Below are positions 26,503 to 40,982 of a stretch of DNA of 60,162 nt, piece after piece. Source of the stretch: Nemertoderma westbladi (lineage: Eukaryota; Animalia; Xenacoelomorpha); assembly GCA_032718475.1 (NCBI GenBank), contig JAUCBJ010008534.1:1-60162 (forward strand), written 5' to 3'. Position 1 is the stretch's first letter. The number at the start of each line of letters is the position of its first letter. The translations under genes and the position numbers were made by a program. The notes beneath the pieces were generated by a model. That model made no database searches. It was not told the DNA's origin and saw only the letters and a list, made by a program, of their open reading frames with translations.

Positions 26503-27738
26503 CACAGTGGGTCAGAAACCATGTTTTGTGGCCAAAATGCATTAATTCGGAAAGTGTTCATGTTTTAAGAACAATTTTTCTCCAATGCGGGTTTTCAAGT
26601 GTTCTGAATCGTTTGGGAAGGGTTTCGAGTTATCAATGTTGGCGTTGTGCCATTTCTTGGCACGTGCCAAAATTAGCATTTATGGGATATATGATAAACA
26701 ATGCCAGAATGCCGCAGCTTTTGGTTCTCATAAGTTTCCCAGAGTGCTGATGCGATTGCAAATAGTTTCAAATTCCGTGGTGGCCCAGATTAGACAACTT
26801 AGGCACGTGGCACATGTTTGAGGCATATGGCACAAAATATGAAACTTACTAGTGATAGTCAGAAATTGATAATTTTCAGTATTTAGAGGTTTACGAAAAT
26901 GCTGATTCTATTTCAAATAGTTTCAAATTTCGCTGTCACTCAGACGTGCCACTTTAGCATGTGGCACATGTTTTCGGCATATGGCACAAAATATCAAACT
27001 TACTACAGATAGTCAGAAATTGACAATTTTCAGTATTTAGAGGTTTTAGAGGGTGCTGATTCGATTGCAAATAGTTTCAAATTCCGCAGTCACTCAGACG
27101 TGCCACTTTAGCATGTGACACATGTTTGTGGCACATGGCTGCATGGCACAAAATGTCAAAATCTATACTGCTAGACAGAAATTGATAATTTTCGGTGTTT
27201 ACAGGTTTTCGAGGGTGCTGATTCGATTAAAACTGGTGTCAATTGTCCATCTCGTTTATAAGTGCTATTTTTGGAAAGTACCAACAGTGAAATCCTGAAA
27301 AATGTGAAAATGTCAATTTTGGTCCTTTTGGGCAAATTGGGGCAACCCAGTTTAGCAACAAATTTGTTGTATATATGTTGATCTTTCATTTGAATAGCAG
27401 CTTGGGGCGTAGTATTTGCATTTAAAATACCGGTACTATATATTTGCTATGAAATATGAATTCGGCATACTCCTGGGAACAAATTTAAAAAAAAATTTGA
27501 AATTCCTTAAAAATTTACTGATTTATCAAACATTTTAAATTTTCCAAATTTGGCATGAAAATTTCATTTTTTTCATATAAATTTGAAATTTTGGGTTTGT
27601 CGAGCTAGATTTTCTTCCCAGACATGAAAATTTTGAAATTAAGCATATTTTCTGAGGTTTTCAGATATGGCGAATCGAATGGTGGCATTGAAAAAAGTTT
27701 TTGAGCACATCGGTTTTTGCCTATTTTGACCCACTGTG
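26503..27738. mobile_element. Non-autonomous Transib-like transposon upstream of gene B
   Basis: Termini CACAGTGGGTCA...TGACCCACTGTG; absent at the paralogous site upstream of gene A (~1660-1670); imperfect 5-bp flanks CAGTA/CAGCC. Confidence 0.8.
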
Positions 27739-28189
27739 CAGCCAACAGGGGTACCATACAAGTCCCTAAAAGGTATCACCCTGCTCCAGAGTAGGGATCG
27801 ACCGAATTATTCGGTTCAGTACCGAATTTTGCCGAATATGGCATATATTCGGTTCCGGCCGAATTTGATAGATAGATTTATTTATACATTATGTAAAAAA
27901 CAATAACAAATACACCAAACAATGTACCGGTATATACCCATAACCTCGATTTTTTTGATTTTTTTGTAATGGATAGCTGGGTTTAGATACAAAACCCATA
28001 AATATAACAATTTTTTCCAAAAAAAAATGGTACTGGAGATTTTTATTGCGTGAGATATAACTGTAAGTTTATTCTGACAGTAGCTGAGTAGTGACATAGC
28101 GTATATATTTATTATGTTTTTTTTCAAAAACTAACACGAATATAGTTTATACACAAAAACATCATTATATAGAGTTATTTGGTGTGAAA

Positions 28190-30090
28190 GGGCTTGAAAC
28201 AAGTAGGATAGGATGCAATCCTACATTGCACTTCTCGCAATAGTATACTGTAGTGCCCTTACACCCAATGTAGGCACATCATCGTTGGCCACCTTGAACA
28301 ATCCAGTGACCAATTGCATCGAAGCGCACAGCAAGTAAAACTTGTTTATCAACAGGCAATTCGGTGCAGGAAACAAACTGCTGCTCCCTCTTGGTTCTAA
28401 AACGCGCAAAATATGTTTGTGCAATGACTCGTCGAAAGCCAAGTAAATCCAAGCGCGATTGGTGACTTTCGCACACTTTGTACCGACTTAATTGATAAGC
28501 ATTGAAAACTGCTAATTCGAGGCAAAACCGAAATATCAGCCACCGCCACTTCTTTGTCCTATGACTCACCATGTAACATGACAATCCTTGATCGAGACAA
28601 TCAACACCACCCATTCCATGATTGTATATTTGAATACAACATGGTTGGTTGATCTCTACCCGTTTCCTCTGTTCACGTGAATATTGCCGAGCTACTGCTA
28701 CAGGAGTGGCAGAAGCAAATGTGGATGCCACATACACAGGCTTGTTGTCTTTCCAGCTCGTTATTGAAACCACTGTCAGAGACAATATCATAGGCTCCAC
28801 GCTCTGCTTTCCTTACATCTTCTAGACTTCCCAGTGCTCCCTTTAGGCGATTTTTACGAATAGTTCCTGTTGCGGCAAACCCATTTGATGACAGACTTTC
28901 CAATAGGGGAATAGATTTGAAAAAGTTATCAAAAACCAAGTGATGATGACTGTTAGCAATAGGTTTAGGAATGGACTCTATTAGGTTCATTACAACTGAT
29001 CCACCCAAACCAATCTTGTTATCATGTGATCCTTTTCCCTGATATGGATAGAACTGAATAGCATAACCAAGCCGAGATGCTGCTACCCACATCTTGTAAC
29101 CGAATTTCATTGGTTTTCCCTTTATATACTGTTTTGCACCATGCCTCCCATAATACGGAACCATTGATTCGTCTATGCTATACTGTTCTGCGGATGGTTG
29201 ATAGTTAGCTAGACACGATTTATTCAATGAATTCATCAGCGGGCGGATTTTGGCCAACTTGCCATTCGCATCGAGTTTTGTGTTGTCAGCCAGATGAAGA
29301 TTGCACATTACATAATCAAACCTATTTCTATACATAGCCTTAGACACTGCAATTGAGTGAACATCTGTTGCAGTTTCCCAGTACATCTTCCTACTAACCA
29401 CTTCCTACTTCCTACTTTCACTAATAACCACTTTGTAATAATTGCAAATAAACAACTTGATAGATGGTACATCAACATTAAATGTTAGTCGATTATGCTG
29501 CATTGCATATAAATTTGATTGTTCACAGATTATTTCTACAACTTCAGTTGAGAAAAAACGCTCAAATAAACTAACTGGACATTCATCATTATCAATATCA
29601 GGTATTGGAATATTCCATGGATATGCATTATTTCCACTTGTGTTACTGGCAAGTTCTTTCTGTTCCCACTGTGGATTACATTGAGAAGTTGCTTTCTCTG
29701 CAATGCTCTTCTTCAATGGACCTCCCTTTGAATTTGGGGGTTTTCTTTTTTTACCTGATAATATTGAGCTCAACAGAATATCATCATCATCAGAAACATC
29801 ATCTTCAACCTCCCCTGAATATATACGTTCTATATCACGGACCTCATCAATGCCAATGTTCCCATCCCCATAAACAATATCATCTTCACCATCCATGGAT
29901 GACCCTCTCAGTAATAAGTGAGCACCAGCCAATAGTTGATGTCTACTGAGATTGTTTGGAATTCCACCAACCTCATCGGCAGAATCACAGTCACTATCAG
30001 CGGTCTGCATTGCGGTTGCATTGGTAGGTGGTTCAATAACAATATCAGCTTCATCAAATTCAATTTCGCCATCATCATTCATTGCTTCCA
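28190..30090 (-). pseudogene. Frameshifted full-length piggyBac transposase (PGBD2/3-like)
   Basis: SIDESMVPYYGRHGAKQYIKGKPMKFGYKMW, FDNFF, YNHGMGGVDCLDQ and a C-terminal Cys-rich domain (CAYIGC...YCEKCNVGLH) across three frames with stops. TTAA-CCC termini not found. Confidence 0.92.
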
Positions 30091-31359
30091 ACATACACAA
30101 AGGCTTCATGAACATCTCGAGTAAACCTAAAAATAACGAATCACCAAATGATGACTGAATCAATCATCACTATTATATTTATTATTACAATGGCACATTA
30201 CCACTGCCAGTATTCTTTATTCACATTTCTACTGTGGATATTAGAATATACTACTGTCAGACTGTCAGTTTAAACTTATAGAGGAATTAACTCCATTACT
30301 TATACAAGATCTACAAGTTAGGGAGCACTACCCAGAATGGGGGTGGACGGACACCCTGAAAGGGGGTGGACAACTGTCGTCAACTGAGCAATTTTTGACT
30401 TGAATTTGTATGTAAAATTACAAATATCAAGTACGAAAGTTTAGTGTTCGGTACGTTATATTGAAATTTATATCATTAGATAGAGCATATCGAAATACAT
30501 ATTTCGTATGTACAAAAATAAATTTCTATGTATAGAAAAAGTTTTATTAGCAAATTAAGATGATCCACCCCGTTTCGCGGTGGACAGTCACTTTTTTAAC
30601 AGTACACAAAAGCCAGGCGGCACTGCCTTTCAACTAGTCTGGAGAAGTGTGTAGTGGAGATAGAGATGCCTCATAATTGACAGATGCAGTTCTGGCATAG
30701 AGCTCTCTTTATATTTAGGCTAATGAGGTATTGAGCTGTTTAATGGATTGGCTGTGGGAGACAATTAAATTGAACCAGTACACTGTTACATTACATTACA
30801 TAAAATACTGCTGCTACTACCAAGACCCACTCCACTCCACTACTAATAACACAAAACACCTCACCATGCCGCCATGCCCATGACTAAGAACCAAAGAGAC
30901 AGAAAGATGGGACTGCAATACATATTAAAGAGTTTATTGATTGCTATTAACTGATTAAGTTAAGGAATATTTATGCTACAATTTCCAGGAAATGCAATAC
31001 GGTATAGCCTACATTATTTATTTTGATAAATGATTATGTATGCAATATGTTACATATTGTTACTTAAATTATTTTTTTATTTTAATAAAATTGAATGGGA
31101 GAATGGGGGGTGGGGGATGATCAAGGGGAGGGGGGGGGGGGGGGGGGGTGGGGAGGGAGGGAGGGAGACTCGACGCAATAAAAATTCAATCATCCTCCAG
31201 GGGAAAATCGATGCAAATGACAGCTAATTACGCAATTGCACAAACAGACAAATGACGCAATTCTTTGGTGAATTTGAATATTGTCTCTGCGAATTAACAA
31301 TGTTAATTATTTTGTTCGACATTAAATAACTGAATAATTAATAACAAACTGCCGTAACA

Positions 31360-31835
31360 GGATAATTGCCCCCGGACTAGGCCTATTGCCCCAAGCACCA
31401 AGGACAATTGTCCCCCAATGACACTTACCCACAAAAGATAAGATATTGCGGGGGGTAATTGTCCAGGGGGCAATTGTCCTCAGGGGGGCAATTGTCCTCA
31501 GGGCAATTATCCTTGGGGAACAATTGTCCTCCCTCAGGGTGCAATTGTCTGGGGCCTGGGGGGCAATCGTAGGGGGCAATTGTCCTCAGGGCTGCAGGGG
31601 GCAATTCGACCTTAAGGGAAATTGCCCAGGGGGCAATTGTTCGGGGATCAATGGTCCAAGGGGCAATTATCCAAGGGGCCAGTTGTCCAGGGGCAATTGT
31701 CCAAGGGGCAATTGTCCAGGGGCAATTGTCCAAGGGGCAATTGTCCTCAGGGCTGCAGGGGGCAATCGTCCTCATGGGCAATTGTTCTCAGGGCAAATAT
31801 CCCCGGGGAGTAATTGTCCTCAGGGGGCAATTGTC
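31360..31835. repeat. GGGCAATTGTCC-core tandem array (~16-19 bp units), remnant of a non-autonomous DNA transposon
   Basis: About 20 copies, with inverted copies at 31360-31415. Confidence 0.8.
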
Positions 31836-31854
31836 TGCTGCTGCTGCAATTTTA

Positions 31855-33056
31855 GGCCCGCCGCACACTAGAGATGCAAGATGCACGATGCAAAAATCGT
31901 TCCCGACGTACACTAGAAATGCAAGATGCATCGTATTTTATTTTATATATTGATGGCTTTTATGTTATTTACTTATTACATTTTAATTATATTCCAATAT
32001 CAGCGTCGTATTTTAAATTTTTTTCCTGACCATCCACATACTGTATCACTTGATTTCAATGGATGACAGTGATGAGGAAGTTCTTGAAACTGTTGCTTCC
32101 TCAAAAACAACCCAAACAGTCAAGATATAATTTAGACTCTAAATTCCAAACCAATGCGCGACTACTCAATGGCCGGCCCTCGACCGACGCCATGGTTGTT
32201 CGTGATAACATCGCAGATTACTTCACGTCCACTGATGGATCTTTGCCATGGCAGGATGACTACGCTCATATTAAACCAACGCACACAACAATTTAAATTG
32301 TTTTTGTAAAACGTTTATGTTTTATTGTTGTTAATAATTGCCACAAATTTAACCAACTACTGCTTATTGTACAACTAACTTTATCAGTGCTACTGACTTA
32401 CCTGGTATATTCAATATTTTCCCAATATCACTCCAGTGATGGTCCCGGTCCTTATAATTAGGTAGTCCGTGATTATATAATTCCTATCTCTCTTGAACAA
32501 GATTTATTAATTTTTCGGTATTACCGATATCCCAAGTAATAGGCATGGTTTGAATATTGAATATAATGTAAATGTAAAATATATTGTTTAAAAAAAACGC
32601 ATAACAGACATACTGGGATCTGGGAAGATATAAATCAGATATTTTATTATATAAATCTCAGCCTTACCTACAGAGTATATACGCGGTAATAACATAAACC
32701 CACCCCCGGCATTATTCGACATGTATCAACATACAATCAATCAACATTGAACCAACCAACTGGTCATTGAACTACATTATGTTATAGGGAGGATTGGCGG
32801 CTGCCTTTGATGGAATTTTTTAATATATATTTCAAAATTAGAATTTGTCATGCATCTTGCATCTCTAGTGTACGGCCTCCCATAGTCTACCATGTATTCT
32901 ATAAATCGAGATGCAAAAAATAGAACATCGAGGATGTCCATTTTCGCATCTTGCATCGTGCATCTTTCATCTTGCATCTCTAGTGTGCGTGGTCTGATAG
33001 GAAATAATGTATTCTTAAAAAATTTACATCCTGCATCTCTAGTGTGCGGCTGGGCC
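31855..33056. mobile_element. PIF/Harbinger deletion derivative
   Basis: TIR GGCCC(A)GCCGCACACTAGAGATGCA at both ends with TTA on the left. Internal 32130-32260 encodes DAMVVRDNIADYFTSTDGSLPWQ, the Harbinger transposase C-terminus. Confidence 0.85.
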
Positions 33057-35269
33057 TCTAAGGATCAGCTGTTATTTTGCAGTTTTGCGTCGATATGACC
33101 CTGCCTGCAGACAGAGTGTTGTATTTTAGTGTATCGAGAGTCTACCCCCTCGCCCTATACACCATGCCCTGGAATATAGTTTCTTTATTCAGGTTGAAGG
33201 TACCGGCTCAGTGGCGTTACGGCTAATCTCCCAAAACACGACGACACCGAAGGTACCTTGCCCCCCGCCCCCCCCCCCCCCCCCCACCACCCGCCCAAAA
33301 TTTTTAGAAATCTTAATAATATTGCATGAAATTTGAAACAGACTGACAGATATTTTTACCTCCCTTCCCTCCTCCTTGGTGGGTGAGCCAGAAAGGATTT
33401 TAATTTTTGCTCTCATTCTTTAGACTACAAGCGTTTAGAAAATGGTATGTCTCCGTGCGATATTGCACCAGTTTTACCGCCGCAGTTTTATTCTTCAACA
33501 TCTTTGTGATTTGTTGGTACTGTTAGAAAGCTGGCCATGCAAATGGGTAACACAATCAATCTGAATTTCGTTGAAAAATAGATGAGTCTTCACTCCATTA
33601 TCGCACAGCTGGGCTTGGCATAAATTAACTCTCAGATTATCACTATCAACATGGGCTTTCCCTAACCACTAATAAATATCAGCCTAAGGCGACCTGTAGG
33701 GAGGCCCTGCTACCAGGCCTCTGTATTTGAATGAATTGTGTGTGTGTAGTCTGAAATATTGGGGTGATGCTAAATTCACTCCACAGACTCGACATAAGCT
33801 GAGGGTAAGGTAGAAAGCAGTAACAGCCAATACAATTACAGGAGGCGCTTAGTTGCTAAGATGCACTGTCAAGACAACGGTATAAATAATAACATAAACA
33901 GCTGGGATTAAATAGGCTTGCAGTTACACATCACAGACTGATTGCTTACTTACAGACTGTCTTCTGATAAAGTATTATATTTAGTTATATAGTCATAGTC
34001 TTACGGCATAGTCGGCGTCAATAATTATCGAAATCTGTCGTATTAAAATTTACGCAGAATATTATGGTTAGAATTTCCGTTTCAATGCAGCTATTTCTAA
34101 CCAACCTGCCGTATATGTAACGCTGTCGGTATTTTCTCAAAAGCTTGGTATGAACTATATTGTACAGTATATGTCCATCTGCCATAAATCAGCAGTTCCA
34201 CGCGCAGTTTCGAGAATTTACATAGTTATAAAGGTCGTAAGTGTAAGTTTGTGAAAAATACTCTCAGTCAAAACAGGACGAGCGCAACGAGGCTTTTAAT
34301 GAAGACGAGTACTGCGTTGACTATATATAATCCTAAACCGCCTGATATACAGTAGCATATTGAAAGAGTTATCATTTTGTTCAAAACCGGGAGTGGAATG
34401 TTGTAAGCTATATATTTTGATGACAAGATGTACAGGAAGAGCGCAACGAGTGTTTTAATGAATACGAAAACTGCGTTGAATATACTCATAAACCAGCTGG
34501 TTTAGCACTCTGAAGGATAATATATGAATTTGTTCAGAACAGGTGGAATGTTGTAAGATGTATAATTGGTGATCAGATATACAGAACGAGAGCAATTATG
34601 CTTTTTAACCCTTTCGTGCGGGCATATTTTATATATTTGATTATATTTTATAATTAGACCACCCCCCCCCCCCCCCCCCTCATTTAGCGTACAGTATAAT
34701 TTATGATGGAACCATATCCCAAAGAGGCAACGTATGTCCCTAAACTAGTATGGTTACGACATAACAGACGACGAGGCCAGTGATTCCCATGAATCCGAAT
34801 ATTCCGAATCCTCGGATGTGTCAAGTAGTAGTGATAATCTCCCGAAACGGCTTTCACTTCAACATTTGATAGAATAGATACCCGTAACATGTAAACAAAC
34901 AACAACGTCCATCCCTGCGCTGTGTTTGATGTCGGGAGAACGTAGCGAGTGGTGTTCGTTCAAGGGATACCAGATACAGATATAGTGTACAGTATGTCCC
35001 CCAAAGCAAGCCCCATTGGAGAACTGCTTTGCCTTTGAGGCATATCATAATGTAGGCCCTAGCCTACACTCTACAGTGTCTTAGACTTCATGTTAGATTA
35101 TACGTTGAATATACTCCTAAACCAGCGTTCAGAGTTCAGCACACTGAAAGATAATTATATGAATTTGTTCATAACAGGTGGAATGTTGTAAGATGTCTAA
35201 TTGGTGATCAGATATACAGAACGAGAGCAATTATGCTTTTAATGTATATGATATTTGAGTTGACAGCCT

Positions 35270-35860
35270 TGACATGACATTACTTGACTTTATGGCACTT
35301 GGCATGACGTCACTTGACTTGAAGTTACTTGAATGACGTAACTTGCTTGACATTATGTACCTTGATTTTACATCACTTGACTTGAAGTCACTGGACTTGA
35401 TGGCACTTGACTTGGTGGCACTTGACTTGACGTCACTTGATCACTTAGTCAACTAACCTGACTCTACTTGACTTGACGTCACTTCACTAAACATCACGAC
35501 CTCAATTCACTTGAGATCACTTAATTCGACATCGCGTCCCATCACATGACTTTGATATTGAGATGATATTAAAATTTGCGCCTAAAAAAAGCAGAATCTT
35601 TGTAATTATTGTAGTACGGTAATTATTGTATTTACTGTAGAACATTTCGTATATTATTCGTAATTTATTTATTTGTTCCATCACACCCCCAACTAGAGAG
35701 TCATTAACTTGCCAAAATAGGCAAGGTATTCTTTTTTACTTGCCAAAACGGGCAAGGTATATGAACTTGAAATCACGCTTGACGTCATTTGACGACAAAC
35801 CTGACCTGACTACTGGTCAACTAACCTGACCTCACCTCACATGACATGACATCACTTGAC
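35270..35860. repeat. Degenerate (CACTTGACTTGACGT)-like simple repeat
   Basis: Recurrent ACTTGAC / ACCTGAC pentamer-based pattern. Confidence 0.7.
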
Positions 35861-35877
35861 TCAACATATTACATTAG

Positions 35878-37040
35878 TGTACCCGATTACCAATTTCATT
35901 CCCTTGTCACCAATCTCAGTACTTGGTTACAAATTTCTGTTTCTGGTTACAGATTGAAGTTCCCAGTTACAAATTTGTGTATCAGTTACAAATTGCCACT
36001 CAGATACATATTAGTGCAAACGTTACCAATTTCATCCCCATGTTACTAATTTCCGTCTCAGATTACTAATTTCAGTATTGGTTACGAATTTATCTTTCAG
36101 GTTACAAATTGTAGTTCCCGGTTACTAATTTGAGTATCAGGTTACAAATTGCCACTCACTTACATATTAGTGCACCCAGTTACCAATTTCAGTCTCAGGT
36201 TACTAATTTCAGTACTTGGTTACGAATTTATCTTTCAGGTTACAAATTGTAGTTCCCGCGGTTACTAATTTGAGTATCAAGTTACAAATTGCCACCCAGT
36301 TACATATTAGTGCACCCAGTTACCAATTTCAGTATCAGGTTACTACTTTCAGTACTTGGTTACGAATTTCTCTTTCAGGTTACAAATTGTAGCTCCCGGT
36401 TACTAATTTGAGTATCAAGTTACAAATTGCCACCCAGTTCCATATTAGTGCACCCAGTTACCAATTTCAGTCTCAGGTTACTAATTTCAGTACTTGGTTA
36501 CGAATTTCTCTTTCAGGTTACAAATTGTAGTTCACGCGGTTACTAATTTGAGTATCAAGTTACAAATTGCCACCCAGTTACATATTAGTGCACCCAGTTA
36601 CCAATTTCAGTCTCAGGTTACTACTTTCAGTACTTGGTTACGAATTTCTCTTTCAGGTTACAAATTGTAGTTCCCGGTTACTAATTTGAGTATCAAGTTA
36701 CAAATTGCCACCCAGTTCCATATTAGTGCACCCAGTTACCAATTTTAGTCTCAGGTTACTAATTTCAGTACTTGGTTACGAATTTATCTTTCAGGTTACA
36801 AATTGTAGTTCCCGCGGTTACTAATTTGAGTATCAAGTTACAAATTGCCACCCAGTTCCATATTAGTGCACCCAGTTACCAATTTCAGTCTCAGGTTACT
36901 AATTTCAGTACTTGGTTACGAATTTCTCTTTCAGGTTACAAATTGTAGTTCCCGCGGTTACTAATTTGAGTATCAAGTTACAAATTGCCACCCAGTTCCA
37001 TATTAGTGCACCCAGTTACCAATTTCAGTCTCCGGTTACT
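35878..37040. repeat. ~140-bp tandem repeat built of ~20-bp GTTAC.AATT subunits, ~8 copies
   Basis: TTAGTGCACCCAGTTACC recurs every 138-140 bp from ~36167 to ~37004. Confidence 0.92.
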
Positions 37041-37237
37041 AATATTCTGGAATCTGGATTAAATAAATAATAATAATAATAAATAAAACACTAAACCGTA
37101 ATATTCCAACGGAAGTGGCCATATCGCACTTATAGTTTAATCTACAACTAACTACATAGATTATTCGTCTAATTTGTAACCCGACTTTGTCTAACAAGTT
37201 TACTGGAAGTTGAGAAACGTTCCTCCAAACATTACAG

Positions 37238-37689
37238 TTACCGAGTCTCCCCACTGTGGATACATTTGTGGCGCTTTACATGATGTCGGTGGGAGAAACA
37301 TTTACCGCATGCATCGCAGCTAAACGGCCGAGCTCCCGTATGTGTTCGCTTGTGGCGCGTTAGACTGCAGTTCTCTGTAAATCCTTTCCCGCACGTGTTG
37401 CACACGTACGGACGATTTCCGGAATGCGTCCGCTTGTGCGCAGTTAGGTTGTTTGGTTGAGAGAATCGTTTGTAGCAGATATCGCATTGGTGTGGACGCT
37501 CACCGGTGTGGATCCGTTGGTGTACAATTAGGTGGCCGTTCCTTGCGAATCTCTTACCACAAGTATCACAAGTGGGTTGAATCCCAGATGGACCAGGTTG
37601 GTCGAAGGAATTATTCATACTTCCGGGTGTTACGTCATCGTCGGAAGTGAGCATGTCTGAATCATCAGGGCATGGTTGTGATTGATTGC
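37238..37689 (-). CDS. Zinc-finger paralog C, exon 2: 3 C2H2 + terminal C2HC finger
   Basis: Acceptor TTTCTGTAG|GC at 37690/37689 (phase 1). GNQSQPCPDDSDMLTSDDDVTPG matches paralog B, same GETR* ending and similar 3' UTR. Confidence 0.88.
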
Positions 37690-37834
37690 CTACAGAAAGT
37701 AATAAATTGGAAGTGGATGAATTAGGTAGAAAACTGATTAGAATCTGAGCATTACATAAGTATTGCAATAATTTATACATATCACATACAGGTTTAAAAT
37801 AGTAATGTTGTACGATTGCATGGTTGCAACATAT

Positions 37835-38315
37835 GCAGATCTGCTAGGTTAAACTTATACAATCTGGTGGGTATGATCTGCTGGGTTTAACTTATACAAT
37901 CTGGTGGGTATGATCTGCTAGGTTTAACTTATACAATCTGGTGGGTATGATCTGCTAGGTTTAACTTGTATCATCTTGTTGGTGTAATGTGTCGACCCTG
38001 TAGATTAAGCTGATGATATCTAGTCATTCTAACTTATATGATCTGCTGGGTTTAATTTTTATGATCTGGTGGGTTTAATATGTAGGATCTTATTGGAGTA
38101 ATTTGTCGACCAGGTAGATTAAACTGGGGAGATCTGGTGATTGTAACTTGTGTGATATGCTGGGCTTAACTTGTGTGATCTGGTGGGTATGATCTGATAG
38201 GTTTAGCTTGTATGATCTGGTGGGTTTACCAGGAGTGATCTTCTAGGTTTAACTTGTACGATCTGGTTGGTATGATCTTCTAGGTTTAACTTTTACAATC
38301 TGGTGGGTATGATAT
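37835..38315. repeat. ~39-bp intronic tandem repeat (GATCTGGTGGGTATGATCTGCTAGGTTTAACTT...)
   Basis: Direct reading; degenerate in the middle. Confidence 0.8.
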
Positions 38316-38339
38316 GGTATCATCACAAAGTGCTTCTGA

Positions 38340-38720
38340 AGCTTCTGTCATATGGTATATGTGAGAGTTTACTTGAATGGTTAAGTGATTTTCTCTGCAA
38401 TAGGTACCAAGGTACTTTGGTAAATGACTCTCTTTCAACCGTCTGCTGTCTAGTGGAGTGCCCCAGGGAAGAGTGATTGCTCCTCTTCTCTATTCATTTT
38501 ATATATCAATGACATTGGTGAAAATGATTCCCCAGACACTGTAATCAAAATGTATACTGACAACAACAAACTCTATAGACCAATCAGATCATTACTAGAT
38601 ATTCAAATTGTTATACACGACATAATCTATCTTCTAGAATGTGGCCAAGACTTGGGAAATGCAATTTAACATCCAGAAATGCTCCTTAGTCACCCCAAAT
38701 CACCTCAAATGCAACAGTCC
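38340..38720 (+). mobile_element. Decayed CR1-group LINE RT fragment
   Basis: SGVPQG...YINDI...MYTDNNKLYR (YADD-like)...AKTWEMQFNIQKC. Confidence 0.8.
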
Positions 38721-39137
38721 TGCATCTACTACAGGCAACAAACAATGGTCTAATACATACAAACAATGGAATCCAAACAAATTCAGTGCTTCCAATTATA
38801 AAAAAAACCTTACTTACAGCACAGCATACTGCTACAAATAATACACCTGAATACACAGCACAGTCTAGTAGTGGAAATTCACACAGTTCTGATTTGTACG
38901 TGTATTTATTAGACCCACTTAGGCTCTAACAGCTAATACCTAAAGAATATAGGGTTACCAGACAACCAAACAACGTTCTGTTACAAATAAGAGATATAAT
39001 GAAATACAAAATAATAAACAGCACTAAAATTTCAATAGCTCACTTTACCCAATTGCCAATAAAATAAAGGGGTAAAGTGAACTAAATGAGTTAATTAAAT
39101 AAATAAATAATTAGTTACAGAATGATAAAAAGTGCAA

Positions 39138-40593
39138 TAATAAAGCGAGTGGATTAGATGAAATCCCAGCGGAGGTATGGAAAACCGGAGTGCTAAACAG
39201 ACCATTATTGAATGTTTGCAACCGCATGTTAAAAGGGGAAAAGCCACCACCAATTTGGACTAAAGGTCAACTAAAGCATCTCCCCAAGAAAGGAGACCTC
39301 GGCATACCAACAAACTATCGTGGGATCTGTCTGCTTGTGGTAGCTGCCAAAATATACAATAAAATGATTCTATATAGGATTAGGCCTCACATAGAGAAAC
39401 TACTGCGTAAGAGCCAAAACGGATTTCGACCAAGTAGATCAACAATAGCTCAGATACTTGCACTACGGAGACTGATTGAAGGAATTAAGTCAAAGAATCT
39501 CCCCGCTGTCATGACTTTTGTGGACTTCAAGAAGGCATTCGACTCCATCCATAGAGGTAAAATGCTTGAAATCCTAAGAGCTTATGGAATACCAGAAGTA
39601 ATTGTTGCTGGCATTGGATTGTTATATTGTGACACAGAAGCGCAGGTACTCTCACCAGATGGTGAAACTGAGTTTTTCTCAATCCTGGCTGGCGTACTGC
39701 AAGGTGACACATTAGCACCATTACTATTTGTAATTGTGCTGGATTACGCAATGAGGACGGCCACAAAGGGTGAAGACCTGGGATTCACACTTCAAGAACG
39801 CAGAAGTAGTAGATATCCAGCAACTACAGTCACAGACACCGACTTTGCGGATGACATCGCCCTGCTCTCTAATACCTTAGCAGATGCACAGCTTCTACTA
39901 AATAAAGTGGAGAGGACTGCTAAGGAGGTTGGATTGCATATAAATGCTACAAAGACCGAATTCATGACCTTTAATGTTGATGGAAACTTGACAACCATTG
40001 ATAATAATCAACTAAGGAAGGTCGATGACTTCCAGTACCTTGGATCATGGATAGAGAGTAGCAAAAAGGACATTAAAGTTAGGAAAGCAAAGGCTTGGGT
40101 AGCTCTATCAAAAATGGATACCATCTGGAAATCCGATCTCTCCAGGCACCTGAAGACTAAGTTCTTTCGAGCCACAGTGGAAAGTGTATTTTTATATGGG
40201 GGTGAGACCTGGACACTGACTAAATCACTTGAACAACGAATTGATGGTTGCTACACAAGACTACTAAGGGCAGCCCTAAACATCAGCTGGAGACAACACA
40301 TGACAAACGCCGAGCTTTATGGTACAATACCACCTGTATCAACCACCCTCCGTGAACGCAGATTAAGATTCAGTGGGCACTGCTGGCGAAGTAAAGACGA
40401 GGTCATACCAGATCTACTTTTCTGGCAACCAACTCATGAAAAGCGTAGTCGTGGACGACCGGCCATAGCATATATAGATCAACTTGAAAGAGATACTGAA
40501 CTTAGGAGAAACGAAATTGCGACAACTATGGAGAATCGGGAAGCCTAGAAGGATCTCATTTCCACTGTCCGAGCTCGCTCGACCTAGTAGTAG
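39138..40593 (+). mobile_element. 5'-truncated RTE/RTE-X LINE, recent insertion in the intron of gene C
   Basis: RT ORF 39190..40548 (NYRGICL, QNGFR, DFKKAFDS, GVLQGDTLAP, DFADD, YLGS), (TAG)n tail, and 12-bp TSD TAAAAAGTGCAA at 39126-39137 and 40594-40605. Confidence 0.95.
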
Positions 40594-40982
40594 TAAAAAG
40601 TGCAAGAGATAGCTCAAGTATCACTTATTTATAATTTATTTGGGGTAATGACAACTCTATACCTTAATTCGTTGTTTATAATTTTTTATTTTAAAATCAA
40701 TAGCCAAAAAGTTCGTATGCATGAATTTTCAACTTTTTTTTCATATTTTGTAAAAATATTGATTGCTTCGAAATTTCAAACTGTCATAATTTATTTCGTT
40801 TATTAGATCAAAGTTAGGATATTTGTAGACATTGTAATGATTTTAGAGAATTGAAATAACAAAAATTTATATATTTAAAAAAACAAAATAAAAAATAGCT
40901 CATTTTACCCCTACTCACTTCACCCCAGCTTACCCTACCTAGTTATACATACATACATATGCTACCTAGTGACCTAACTCAC

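Noticed and set aside
31322-31953. ORFs over the GGGCAATTGTCC repeat
   Set aside because: Low-complexity translation of a non-coding TE repeat.
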